53,197 bases of DNA from an uncultured bacterium. Lineage in GTDB: Bacteria > Lernaellota > Lernaellaia > Lernaellales > Lernaellaceae. The notes beneath the pieces are model-generated. The model searched no databases, had not been told where the DNA came from, and saw only the letters and a list, made by a program, of their open reading frames with translations. Below, piece by piece: positions 28,017 through 37,335 of the stretch. The stretch lies in the NCBI GenBank assembly GCA_964534375.1, contig CAZHPN010000015.1:1-53197 (forward strand), given 5' to 3'. Positions within the stretch are counted from its first letter, which is position 1; each line of letters begins with the position of its first letter. The position numbers and the translations under genes were made by a program.

Positions 28017-29180
28017 CTATTCCTGAAGCGCTTGCGCCGTCGGCAATTGCAACACGAAGCGGCGGCAGCCGTCGGCAGGCGGGAGGCGCCGCAGTTCGCC
28101 GTCGTGGCGGCGGGCGATCTGGCGCGCGGCGGCGAGGTTGGGCGTCCGCGCGGTGGGGTCGAACGGATCGGGCGAAGGCTCGGCCGCCGGATAGGCGATC
28201 GCAATTTCCACATCCTCGCCGGCCTTGTGCGCCGTCATCGTCGCCTTTTCGCCCGCCGGCGTTTCATCCAGCGCCGCGAAGAACATGGCGGCCAGCATAA
28301 AAACGAGTTGCGGGCGATGGCCGACGATTTCCGGCAGTTTTGCGGCGGGCGGCGGCTCCAAAGCGACGCCCTTCGCCGCAAACGCCGGCTCGACCAGCCG
28401 CGCCGCTTCGGCCAGCAACTCGGCCGGGTCGAGCGCCAACGGTTTGGCCGCTTCATCATCCAGGCCGCTCGCCAGATTCGCCAGCGGCGCCAGCAACGCG
28501 GGCAGCCGTGCGAGCGAGGTCGCGTCCGCGCCGCCGTCCGCGGCATTCAGCCGCAGCCGCGGCGCCCACGCGGCCGTCGCCTGCCCCAGCAGACACAGCC
28601 GCTCGCGCGCGAGCGAACCCGGCGGCGCCATCTCGTCCGCCGATGCCGGCCGCGCGCAAACGAGCCAGCCTTCGCCGAGCGGCGCGATGTCGGCGCGGAA
28701 AAATACGTTGCCGCCGTCCGGCGTGCGGGTCGAAAGGCGCAAATCGGCGGCCGAATCGCCGGTGCGGAAGGCGCGGGCGATGTGGCGGCGCAACACCGGA
28801 TCGCAAAAATGGTCATAGCGTTTATTGTGCACTTGGTTGCGCGGCATCTCGAAGACTTCCAGCCAGCGGCCGTTCAGCGCGCGGACCTTGCCCCGGCCGT
28901 CGAGCGCCACCGCCGCCGCAGGCAACGCCTCGAGCAGCAAGCCGCCGTCGGGCGCCTCGCCCTCGTCGAGCAGCCCTTTCAGGCGCGCGTAGGTGCGCAG
29001 CATCGCCCAGCCCGCGATGAAGAAGGAATAGATCATCGTCATGCCGGCGTAGGCGAGCAGCCACTCGCGCGGCATGTGCAAAATCGCGAGCAGCGCCGCG
29101 ACGCCCAGCCATAGCGCGAGCGCCGCGCCGACGAGGCGGGCGGAAGTCAGGCGAGCAAAGCGCAGGAAAAACCGGGGCAA
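28017..29180 (-). CDS. Membrane PAS-domain protein with degenerate histidine kinase core (pseudokinase)
   Basis: Two TMs, PAS (LEALPAAAVALDGRGKVRALN), then ERLCLLGQATAAWAPRLR and HATPase-like remnants. Confidence 0.7.
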   Translation of the reverse strand: MPRFFLRFARLTSARLVGAALALWLGVAALLAILHMPREWLLAYAGMTMIYSFFIAGWAMLRTYARLKGLLDEGEAPDGGLLLEALPAAAVALDGRGKVRALNGRWLEVFEMPRNQVHNKRYDHFCDPVLRRHIARAFRTGDSAADLRLSTRTPDGGNVFFRADIAPLGEGWLVCARPASADEMAPPGSLARERLCLLGQATAAWAPRLRLNAADGGADATSLARLPALLAPLANLASGLDDEAAKPLALDPAELLAEAARLVEPAFAAKGVALEPPPAAKLPEIVGHRPQLVFMLAAMFFAALDETPAGEKATMTAHKAGEDVEIAIAYPAAEPSPDPFDPTARTPNLAAARQIARRHDGELRRLPPADGCRRFVLQLPTAQALQE

Positions 29181-29202
29181 TCTCTCCTCGGGGTGCGACG
29201 GC

Positions 29203-29832
29203 TCAGGAATTGCCGGGCGGAATTTGCCACACGAGGTCGGTCATGCCCTCGACGCCCGTGACGCGCAGGGTGACGGTTCCGGACTCGGCGACCAACGGTT
29301 TGTTGTCGGGCCCGACCGCCGGAAAATAGACCCGGTACAGGCGGCCCCAGTCGGTGTACGTCGGATAAAAATAGGTGTCTTTCTCGTGTTTGACGCGGAT
29401 CGGCTCGACCTTGGCCGCCTCGACCTTGGTTCCCTGCCCGTCGACGAACCACAGCCGCCACGAGCTGTCGCCTTGGTCGAGATCGTTGTAGCGCGGCGTT
29501 GGCGTGTAGAACGACACGACGAATTCGAGGCGCTGCGCGGCGTTGGCGGTGGTTTCGGTCAGCCGGCGTTCGCGTTCTTCCATCGGCAGGTCGAACGCGC
29601 GGCCCCACTCGGATACATAGGCGCGACGCATCGGCGTGGCGAAGTACGTCGCCGAGACGATCGCGTTCGTCGAGAAATAGTGATAAATGCGCCCGACCCG
29701 CGTCCAGTTGTCGAAGATTTTTTCGTAGCTGCGATACGTCCCCTCGTAGACCAGATCGGGACGCACGCGCGCGCCGGCGCAGGCCATCAACACAACCAGC
29801 GCGCCCAGCGGGACGAAACGACGAAACCGCAT
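29203..29832 (-). CDS. Hypothetical lipoprotein
   Basis: MRFRRF...VLMAC lipobox; GGAG SD. Confidence 0.8.
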   Translation of the reverse strand: MRFRRFVPLGALVVLMACAGARVRPDLVYEGTYRSYEKIFDNWTRVGRIYHYFSTNAIVSATYFATPMRRAYVSEWGRAFDLPMEERERRLTETTANAAQRLEFVVSFYTPTPRYNDLDQGDSSWRLWFVDGQGTKVEAAKVEPIRVKHEKDTYFYPTYTDWGRLYRVYFPAVGPDNKPLVAESGTVTLRVTGVEGMTDLVWQIPPGNS

Positions 29833-29931
29833 GCCCAATCTCCGTGGACCGCAAGTTATCATCCGCGAACGCGGGCGGCAAGATGCAACCGCGAAGCGGG
29901 ACCGCGAATGAATGAGAGTGAGGGGGTTGGG

Positions 29932-30070
29932 AACCGCGAATGCACGCGAATGCACGCGAATATGAAATTTGAAAACCACGAATGCACGCAAGTGCCCGTT
30001 GATCCGTTCTTATTCGCGGGCATTCGCGCGGTTAATAAGAAACCAAATCAACGTTCATCAATTCGCGGTT
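29932..30070. repeat. Inverted 10-mer-unit element AACCGCGAAT(GCACGCGAAT)n...ATTCGCGGTT
   Basis: Tandem units with inverted copies; AACC/GGTT termini. Confidence 0.8.
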
Positions 30071-30084
30071 AACACCATTGGCGG

Positions 30085-31080
30085 TCAGACGAGTTCGTTC
30101 CAGCGGACGACCACGTCGCGCGCGAGGCGGACCTCGGTCGGTTCGCCGAACGGGCGGATCGTAAACAAATTGGCGCGCGGGTCGATCGGCGCCACGCCCG
30201 GTTCGAATTCGGTGGCGAAAAACAGCATCAGGCGGTTCGACACGCCGATGAGACGCTGCGGCTCGGTCGCGCCGATTTGCGGATCGCCATGGCTCTCGAC
30301 CGGCGCCCAGCCGAACCGCGGCAAATACACTTCGACGATTTTGTGATTCGTGCGGTCGAGGTGCTCGCCGGGCGTGAGGTAGCCGCGGTTCGCGGACCCG
30401 GAAATGTACCGCGCCGGCAAACCGAGCGTCCGCGCCAGCGCGATCATTACAAAGCTGTACTCGGTGCACGAGCCGCGGCCGACGCGCAGCGTATCCACGG
30501 CATCCAGCTTGGGCCCGCCGTGCATTTGATAGCTCAGTCGCTTGTTCACGAACGACACGATGCGCGCCATCATCTGGAATGGCCGGCGCTCGTCGCCGAC
30601 GGCTTCACGTGCGGCTTGCTCGATTGCCGATTCGTGAATCTTCAGCAACGGCCCGTCGCGCAAATAAACCTCGGCAACCGGCGGCGGAATCTCTGCGAGC
30701 GGCCCGATCTTTTCGGGATCGATCGGCCAGTGAATCTTGCCGATCGTCGCCTCGGCCAGGTAGCGGATCACAAAAATCGACTCGGCGGGCAGCGTGCCGA
30801 CATCGAAAACCGCGGTCTGGTGGCCGTTGACGCTTTCGCGAATTTCCGTCGGCTCCGGATCGAGTGCATAACGGTGCAGCCGCTGATAAACGCTGTCGGC
30901 CGGCAGCGGCAAATACACGCGGACATCCTCGCGCCCCGGGTTCCGCTTGACTTCGAACTGGCCTTCGACGGCGATGCGCCACCGGCGCACGTCGCGCGCG
31001 GGCGGCAGATTCGCCGCCGCCGGCGCAAACGGGTCCGCGGCCCAGCGGCCGGGGAGCCAATTCAAATCGCTGCCGCTCAT
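30085..31080 (-). CDS. Transglutaminase-like domain protein, paralog B (no signal peptide)
   Basis: GSCTEYS, ARTLGLPARYISG, NHKIVEVYLPRFGWAPVE. Confidence 0.85.
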   Translation of the reverse strand: MSGSDLNWLPGRWAADPFAPAAANLPPARDVRRWRIAVEGQFEVKRNPGREDVRVYLPLPADSVYQRLHRYALDPEPTEIRESVNGHQTAVFDVGTLPAESIFVIRYLAEATIGKIHWPIDPEKIGPLAEIPPPVAEVYLRDGPLLKIHESAIEQAAREAVGDERRPFQMMARIVSFVNKRLSYQMHGGPKLDAVDTLRVGRGSCTEYSFVMIALARTLGLPARYISGSANRGYLTPGEHLDRTNHKIVEVYLPRFGWAPVESHGDPQIGATEPQRLIGVSNRLMLFFATEFEPGVAPIDPRANLFTIRPFGEPTEVRLARDVVVRWNELV

Positions 31081-31146
31081 GCGCCCTCGCCGCGCGGCGC
31101 CCGGCAAACAATGGGAACCGCGCAAATCACTGAATTCTCACGATTT

Positions 31147-31255
31147 ATAAGACCTATAGGACCTATGAGACCTATGGGACCTATAAGAGCTATCGGACCT
31201 TTGGGACTCGTATGCCCCATAACTCGTCACTCGTAATTCGTAATTCGCAATTCGG
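31147..31255. repeat. 9-mer (GACCTATRN) and 7-mer (AAYTCGT) tandem arrays
   Basis: gacctatag gacctatga gacctatgg gacctataa; aactcgt cactcgt aattcgt aattcgc. Confidence 0.85.
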
Positions 31256-31282
31256 CGGCGACCGGCCGCTCGCCGCCGCGCG

Positions 31283-32395
31283 TCACCCGATCTCTTCCCA
31301 GCGCGTGATGACATGCGACCCGAGGCGGACCGCCGTCGTTTCGCCGAACGGCGCGATCGTAAAGAGGTTGGCACGCGGGTCGATCGGCGCGACGCCGGGT
31401 TCGAATTCCGCGGCGAAAAACAGCATCACGTGCATCGACGCGCCGACGTAACGCTCCGGCGTGGCCGCGCCGACCTGCGGATTGCCGGTGCTCTCGACCG
31501 GCGTCCAGCCGAACCGCGGCAGGTACACCTCGACGATTTTGTGGTTGACGTGATCGATGTACTCGCCGCGCGTGGGGTTTTGGCGAATCGCCGACCCGCA
31601 AATGTACCGCGCCGGCAAGCCGAGCGACCGCGCCAAGGCGATGATCACGAAGCTGTGTTCGGTGCACGAGCCGCGGCGGGTGCGCAGCATTTCCACCGCG
31701 TCGAGCTTCGTCGGGTGCATATCGTAGGTCAGCCGCTTGCTCGCGAACGACACAATGCGCGCGATCATCTCGAACGGCCGGCGCTCGTCGCCGACCGCTT
31801 CGCGCGCCGCCCGCTCGATCGCCGGATCGTGAATTTTGAAGAATGGCCCGTCGCGCAGATAGACATCGGCGATCGGCGCCGGCACTTCCGTAAGCGGCCC
31901 GATCGCCTCCGGATCGATCGGCCAGCGAATTTTGCCGATCGTCGCCATCGCCGTATAGCGGATCGCAAACGTCCAGCCGGCCGGCTGCTTGCCGAAGTCG
32001 AAGACCGCAATCTGATGGCCGTTGACGCTGTCGCGAATTTCGGCCGGCGCCGGATCGATCTTGTATTTGTGCAATTGCTGGTACGGGCTTTCCGCCGGCA
32101 GCGGCAAAAACACGCGCACATTCTCGTTGTCCGGGTTCTCCTTGACCTGGAAGCGGCCCTCGACCGTGATGCGCCAGCGCCGCGCGTGCGCCGCGGGCGG
32201 CAACGCGGCCGCGGCCGGCGCATACGGATCCGCCGCCCAGCGGCCGGGCCGCCACTCATCCGACGCCCGATGGCCCGGCGGCCAGGACGCCGGCGCGCCG
32301 GCGGCTTCGTCGGGCCGCCGATTTTCCGTCGCGCACGCGCCCGCGAGGAGCAGTGCCGCGAATAGGAGCAAGGCGATAGTGAACCGACGTTTCAT
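31283..32395 (-). CDS. Transglutaminase-like lipoprotein, paralog A
   Basis: Lipobox LAGAC; GSCTEHS, NHKIVEVYLPRFGWTPVE. Confidence 0.88.
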   Translation of the reverse strand: MKRRFTIALLLFAALLLAGACATENRRPDEAAGAPASWPPGHRASDEWRPGRWAADPYAPAAAALPPAAHARRWRITVEGRFQVKENPDNENVRVFLPLPAESPYQQLHKYKIDPAPAEIRDSVNGHQIAVFDFGKQPAGWTFAIRYTAMATIGKIRWPIDPEAIGPLTEVPAPIADVYLRDGPFFKIHDPAIERAAREAVGDERRPFEMIARIVSFASKRLTYDMHPTKLDAVEMLRTRRGSCTEHSFVIIALARSLGLPARYICGSAIRQNPTRGEYIDHVNHKIVEVYLPRFGWTPVESTGNPQVGAATPERYVGASMHVMLFFAAEFEPGVAPIDPRANLFTIAPFGETTAVRLGSHVITRWEEIG

Positions 32396-32481
32396 GGCGT
32401 CAAGCTTGCGTGACCGCGCGTCAGCGGTCAAGTTGCTTTCGGCCGCTCAGTCTTTTACATTCGCCGCGGAGGAAAAATCCC

Positions 32482-33174
32482 ATGCGGCGAGTCCTGATTG
32501 CGATCGCGCTGGCGTTGCTCGTGTCGGCCGCTTGTTTGAAGGCGGAAAAGGCCGGCGACCTGGCCGTGTTGAAGCCGAAGGCGGAGCGGCCGATGGGCGG
32601 CGCGCCGGGGCCGGCGGACATGAAAAAACTGATCGACTGCTGCGACGAAAACGCGAGGGCGATGGGCGCCGAATGCTGCCTCCAACTCGAAGATTTGCTG
32701 CAAGCCCAGGTGGCCGCGAAGGGCGGCGGCAAGAACATGGGCATGGCCAAGGAAATGCCGCCGGGCATGCCGGGCATGCCGGGCGCGCCCGGCGCGCCGG
32801 ACGGGGGCGCCTTCAAAACCGGCCGGCCGGCGCAGGTCGAACCGGCGATCGCGGCGCGGTGGCCCAAGGTCAAACTGGCCGTCGGGCCGAAAACCGGAGC
32901 CGGCAAGGAAATTGTGATACCGGTGGGGCAAAAGGCGAAGGTCGACGGCACACCGCTGGAGATCGAGGTGATCGCCTTCGTGCCGGCGTTCAAGATGACC
33001 GCCGACGCGATCGTCAGCGACGGCGCGGAACCGACAAACCCCGCGGCCAAGGTGACGATCCGCGAAGCCGGCAAGCCCGATTGGTCCGGCTGGCTGTTTG
33101 CGAAAATGCCCGAAGTGCACGCGTTCCCGCACGATTCGCTGCGCGTCGCGCTCGTCGAAGGGGTGCAAAAATAG
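32482..33174 (+). CDS. Lipoprotein with Met/Pro-rich linker, DUF2155-like C-terminus
   Basis: VSAAC lipobox; FVPAFKM...NPAAKV...GWLFAKMP; GGAGG SD. Confidence 0.75.
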   Translation: MRRVLIAIALALLVSAACLKAEKAGDLAVLKPKAERPMGGAPGPADMKKLIDCCDENARAMGAECCLQLEDLLQAQVAAKGGGKNMGMAKEMPPGMPGMPGAPGAPDGGAFKTGRPAQVEPAIAARWPKVKLAVGPKTGAGKEIVIPVGQKAKVDGTPLEIEVIAFVPAFKMTADAIVSDGAEPTNPAAKVTIREAGKPDWSGWLFAKMPEVHAFPHDSLRVALVEGVQK

Positions 33175-33176
33175 CC

Positions 33177-33722
33177 ATGGCGACGAACGTCTGGGAGCGC
33201 ATCAAGGTCGTGAACGAGGGCGTCGTCTTTCAGAAAACGGACGCCATCGTCAACGCCGCAAACCGCTCGCTGCTCGGCGGCGGCGGCGTGGACGGCGCGA
33301 TTCACCGCGCGGCGGGGCCGGATCTGCTCGCCGAATGCCGGACATTGCACGGCTGCGACACCGGCGACGCCAAAACGACCCGCGGCGGCAAGCTGCCGGC
33401 GAAACACGTTATCCATACGGTGGGGCCGGTGTGGCACGGCGGCGGCCGCGGCGAACCGGCGCTGCTGGCCTCGTGTTATCGGCGTTGCCTGGAAGAGGCG
33501 ATGCGCGTCGGCGCGCGCACGATCGCCTTTCCGTGCATCAGCACGGGCGCCTACGGGTATCCGCTGGAAGATGCGGCGAGCGTCGCCGTGCAAACCGTCG
33601 CCGGCTTTTTGGCCGCCGAGCCGGCCGTCGCCGAGGTGCGCTTTTGCTGCTTCACGCGGGAAGAATTCGACGTTTACGCGAAGCTGCTGGTGCAAGCGGG
33701 TGCGCCAAGAACTTTAGCTTGA
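33177..33722 (+). CDS. Macrodomain O-acetyl-ADP-ribose deacetylase (YmdB-like)
   Basis: DAIVNAANRSLLGGGGVDGAIHRAAG, VIHTVGPVW, AFPCISTGAYGYP. Confidence 0.95.
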   Translation: MATNVWERIKVVNEGVVFQKTDAIVNAANRSLLGGGGVDGAIHRAAGPDLLAECRTLHGCDTGDAKTTRGGKLPAKHVIHTVGPVWHGGGRGEPALLASCYRRCLEEAMRVGARTIAFPCISTGAYGYPLEDAASVAVQTVAGFLAAEPAVAEVRFCCFTREEFDVYAKLLVQAGAPRTLA

Positions 33723-33793
33723 ACCACAGAGGCACAGAGATCACAGAAAAAAATATTGAGAAACCTCTGTGTCCTCGGTGTCTCCGTGGTTCA
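33720..33793. repeat. Inverted 9-mer hairpin element TGAACCACAGAG...CTCCGTGGTTCA
   Basis: (CACAGAGNN) x3 opposed by its reverse complement x3, between convergent genes. Confidence 0.85.
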
Positions 33794-33810
33794 ATTTCTT
33801 TCCGTTGCCG

Positions 33811-34332
33811 CTACGGCCTGGGGTTCGCGTTGCGCGGCCGCTTGTCGCGGATATCATCGAGAATGCGGTGAATTTCCCGGTGATATTTCCGCTCGAAGAT
33901 CATGAACTTCGCGTACTGCAACGGCGTCAGCTGTTTCTTCAACTCGGCGTATTGCACGTCGCGCAGTTTGATCGCCTCGCGGTCCAGCGCAAGGACCATC
34001 TCGGTGAGTTCGGTCAGTTTCTTCGCGTCGGGTTTGGCTGCCTGGATTTCCTGATTGATCGCCACGTACGCTTCCTCTTTCCGCTCGATATTTTCGCGGA
34101 ACTGGCGATCGTACTTCTGAAAAATCGGGATCAGCCGCGGCGCCTGCTCGGGGGTCAACTCGAGCGCCTCGACCAGCAGATAGACCCGCACCATCTCCAG
34201 CCGCTCCAACGCGGCGGCGTGATCGCGCCGCGAGGCGTCCGGCGTTTGGTCGTCCGCGGGTTGCGCCGCCGCCGGCAGGGAAGCCGCGGCCAAAAAAACG
34301 AATGTCAACATTGCCAGGGTTATGCGCCGCAT
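33811..34332 (-). CDS. Periplasmic Spy/CpxP-like helical protein
   Basis: Signal peptide, LELTPEQ and LTPLQYAKF motifs; third gene of the ECF operon. Confidence 0.75.
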   Translation of the reverse strand: MRRITLAMLTFVFLAAASLPAAAQPADDQTPDASRRDHAAALERLEMVRVYLLVEALELTPEQAPRLIPIFQKYDRQFRENIERKEEAYVAINQEIQAAKPDAKKLTELTEMVLALDREAIKLRDVQYAELKKQLTPLQYAKFMIFERKYHREIHRILDDIRDKRPRNANPRP

Positions 34333-34346
34333 GCGGAACAACCTCC

Positions 34347-35027
34347 TTACAGGGTCCAGCTTTTCGCGTCTTGCGACAGCGTCTTGGTCACTTCGGCCAG
34401 TTCCTCGTCATTCAGATCGGCCACCGCCGGCGCGTACAGCACCGGGCTCGACGGCCGCTCGCCCGGCAACGCCACGACGCGCGAATTCACCAGTTGGCCC
34501 ATGATTACTTTCGCGATCTGGATTTGCAAATCGCGCACTTCTTCCTTTTTCAACGAGAAGACTTCCTGCGTGACCGTCGGGTCGACGCGCGCCAGCGTCG
34601 CACGGGCGGTCGCCAACCGCGCCGGCGAGATTTTCACCAAGGCGGGCGGCAGCGAACGCTGGAACGACAGCGTGCCCGTCGCCGTCAGCGCGCCGAACGC
34701 GACCAGCGCCGCCGCGGCTGCGCCGGCCAGCGCGCGCGTCCAAACGCGCGGGGTCAACAGCGCTTCCCACCACCGGCGAATCCACGAGCCGCGAGCCGTC
34801 GCTTCCTCGCGCGATTGCCGCAGCCGCGCATAGAACGATGCGAAATATCCCGCGCCCGGGTCTTCGATCGGGTGCGCCACCGCCGCCAGGACCTGGCGAA
34901 TTTCGTGCGCCTCTTTCGCGCAATCCGCGCAGCCGCCGACATGTTGCTCGATTTCCGCGTCGACCTCGGGCGCGAGTTCGCCCTCCAACCAGTCGAGCAG
35001 TTGTTCCGTGGTTTTGTCGCAGCTCAT
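34347..35027 (-). CDS. Zinc-binding (ZAS) transmembrane anti-sigma factor
   Basis: HVGGCADC (HxxxCxxC), one TM; ATGA overlap with the sigma gene. Confidence 0.9.
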   Translation of the reverse strand: MSCDKTTEQLLDWLEGELAPEVDAEIEQHVGGCADCAKEAHEIRQVLAAVAHPIEDPGAGYFASFYARLRQSREEATARGSWIRRWWEALLTPRVWTRALAGAAAAALVAFGALTATGTLSFQRSLPPALVKISPARLATARATLARVDPTVTQEVFSLKKEEVRDLQIQIAKVIMGQLVNSRVVALPGERPSSPVLYAPAVADLNDEELAEVTKTLSQDAKSWTL

Positions 35028-35611
35028 GCCCCATTCTCCCCGTACTCGGCCAGCAGCGTTTTGAGCGCCTTGACCGCGTAATGATAATTCACCTTCGCCG
35101 CCGAAATCGAAATGCCGACCGCTTGCGCGATCTCGGCGAAACTCATGTCGCCGAAGGCGCGCATCTGCAGCACCTCGCGCTGCCGCGGCGGCAGCTTTTC
35201 CATGGCGTCGCGCACCAGGCGCCGGCGCTCGTGGGTGTTGATGTCGTCCTCGACGGAACTCGCGGCCATCGCCGACCGCTCCGTGATCTCTTCTCCCTCG
35301 CGCCGGCCGCGGTCGCGGATCAGGTTCTTCGAGAAGTTCATCGCAATGCGAAAGACCCACGTCTTCAGGCTCGAGCGGCCCTCGAACCCGGGCAAATTCT
35401 TGTACACCGAGAGGAAGGTTCGCTGCGCCACCTCGTCGGCGTCATGGTGGTTGCCGACCATCTTCAGCGCCAAAAAATACACCATCCGCTGGTATTTCTT
35501 GACGATCACTTCGAAGGCGAACTCGTCGCGATCCTTCAGGAACCGCTCGACCAGAGTTCTGTCGTCGTCGTTCACTGGCGACTCGTCGTGGTTGATCTCG
35601 CCTTCATCCAT
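35024..35611 (-). CDS. ECF RNA polymerase sigma factor (start may be GTG 35575)
   Basis: DADEVAQRTF, FEGRSSLKTWVFRIAMN, LPPRQREV, SFAEIA. Confidence 0.93.
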   Translation of the reverse strand: MDEGEINHDESPVNDDDRTLVERFLKDRDEFAFEVIVKKYQRMVYFLALKMVGNHHDADEVAQRTFLSVYKNLPGFEGRSSLKTWVFRIAMNFSKNLIRDRGRREGEEITERSAMAASSVEDDINTHERRRLVRDAMEKLPPRQREVLQMRAFGDMSFAEIAQAVGISISAAKVNYHYAVKALKTLLAEYGENGA

Positions 35612-35764
35612 TTCGACACGCCGCGGCATCGCTACGTTCAACCCCGCGCTCGTTGGCTCATGCAAGGACGCATAAAGGCTGAGGTTTCACAATTCCCCCC
35701 CCGCCGTTTCGGGCGTAAGCGTAACGCGATTGCCGGCGGGGCGCCAGGGTTGGTCGCAAGCCCG

Positions 35765-35890
35765 CCTGGGGCGCTGCCCCAGGCTGTAATAGACCACGCC
35801 GTTGGCGCTTCCCTCGGCGCGGACCACGTCGGCGCGAACGGAGGGAGGGCCAAGGGCCAGAATTATCACAGCCCGGGGCAACGCCCTAGG
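35765..35890. repeat. Inverted pair of REP-like palindromes
   Basis: CCTGGGGCGCTGCCCCAGGCT...GCCGTTGGCGC opposed by GGGCCAAGGGCC...AGCCCGGGGCAACGCCCTAGG. Confidence 0.65.
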
Positions 35891-35895
35891 AACGG

Positions 35896-37146
35896 TCAGT
35901 GCCGGAAAATCCGCCTTCCAGTGAACACCATCGCAATATTGTGTTCGTTGCACAGGCGGATCAGGTCGGCGTCGTTGGGCGAGCCGCCGGGTTGGATGAT
36001 CGCCGTGGCGCCTTCCTTGGCGGCGACCTCGATCGCGTCGGGGCCGTCGAGCGCGCCGTCGCTGGCCATGCTGGCGCCGATCAGTCCGCCTTTGAGTTCG
36101 ACGGCGTCGGTCCAGATCGAGTCGCGCATGGTTTCCTCGGTGATCGCGGCAAACGGCGCCTTGAAGCGTTCCCAGGCGAGGCGGTCGGCGAGCTTGTGAT
36201 ACGCCTTGTCGCGCGCGGCCTGGGCGATCGCCGCGCGGTCCTGCCCCGCGATGCCGATGCAGACCGTCGCTCCGCTTTTGACGAACACGATGCTGTCGCT
36301 CGCGGCGGCGGCGGCCAGGCGCCAGGCGAAGAGCAGGTCTTCCCATTCTTCCGGCGTCGGCTGGCGCTTGCAGCGGACCTCCTGCGCGCCGTGCAGCGTC
36401 GCGCGCGCGGGCCGGCAATTTTCGCGGGTGAAGGCGCCGGGGATTTCGGCCCACTGCACGATCAGGCCGCCGTCGAGGAGGCTGGCGAGGTCGAGGTGCG
36501 GCCGGCCGCGCCATTCGTTCAGGCGGGCGATGTTGTTGATCCGCAGCAGGCACAGCGACGGCTGCGCGGCCAGCTTCGCCAGCGCCTCCGGCGCGAAATC
36601 CGGCGCGGCGACGACGTTGAGCTGCACGGGCAGCAGCGCCTCGGCCGCGGCGACGGTCATGGTCTGATTGAGCGCGGCGCAGCCGCCGATGGCGCCAAGG
36701 CGGTTGGCGAGCGCCGCGCGCCGCACGGCCCGTTCGAGCGTTTGCGCCTGGGCGGCGCCGCACGGGTTGTTGTGCTTGACGATGATGCAGGTCGGCTGTT
36801 CGCCGGCGTAGCGCAGCACGTCGAGCGCGATGTCGACGTCGCGGATGCCGGTCTTGCCCGGGTGCTTGCCGCGCTGCAGCAGTTCCGGATCGCTGGTCAG
36901 CCGGTCGCTCGGGTCCAGCGGCGTCACGTCGCCGATGGCGATGTTGCCGTTGATCAGCTTGTACAGCGCCGCCGGCTGCCCGGGGTTGTCGCCGTGCCGC
37001 AGCCCGGCCGCCTGCCCGCCGACGGGCCACGTGACCTTGTGATAGATCAGCGTCTGGCGCTTCTCGCCTTTGCCGAATGCGATTTCCAACTCGTCGGGGT
37101 AACGATCCGGCTCGACTGCCGGCGATTCAACGGGCTTGTCTTTCAT
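35896..37146 (-). CDS. purH: PurH-like AICAR transformylase domain protein (no MGS/IMPCH N-domain), divergent
   Basis: GLRHGDNPGQ, VKHNNPCG, IIQPGGS, MVFTGRRIFRH. Confidence 0.8.
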   Translation of the reverse strand: MKDKPVESPAVEPDRYPDELEIAFGKGEKRQTLIYHKVTWPVGGQAAGLRHGDNPGQPAALYKLINGNIAIGDVTPLDPSDRLTSDPELLQRGKHPGKTGIRDVDIALDVLRYAGEQPTCIIVKHNNPCGAAQAQTLERAVRRAALANRLGAIGGCAALNQTMTVAAAEALLPVQLNVVAAPDFAPEALAKLAAQPSLCLLRINNIARLNEWRGRPHLDLASLLDGGLIVQWAEIPGAFTRENCRPARATLHGAQEVRCKRQPTPEEWEDLLFAWRLAAAAASDSIVFVKSGATVCIGIAGQDRAAIAQAARDKAYHKLADRLAWERFKAPFAAITEETMRDSIWTDAVELKGGLIGASMASDGALDGPDAIEVAAKEGATAIIQPGGSPNDADLIRLCNEHNIAMVFTGRRIFRH

Positions 37147-37335
37147 GCGTTCCTGCTTCGTTTTGCGTGACGGCTTATTGTGAGCGGCGCGGCGTGGGTT
37201 TTCAAGGCGGCTCGAACGGTGAACCGCGATCGGCGCGCCCGGAGTTTTTATTCGGTTTCGTCATCCACCAATTGGCGCCAACGATCCGGCCGCGCCAAGA
37301 ATTGCTTTTTTTTATTTTTGTGGTACACCAACGGC

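Noticed and set aside
32022..33176. Apparent 566-aa N-terminally extended macrodomain protein
   Set aside because: The extension overlaps two real genes in other frames; the true start is ATG 33177.
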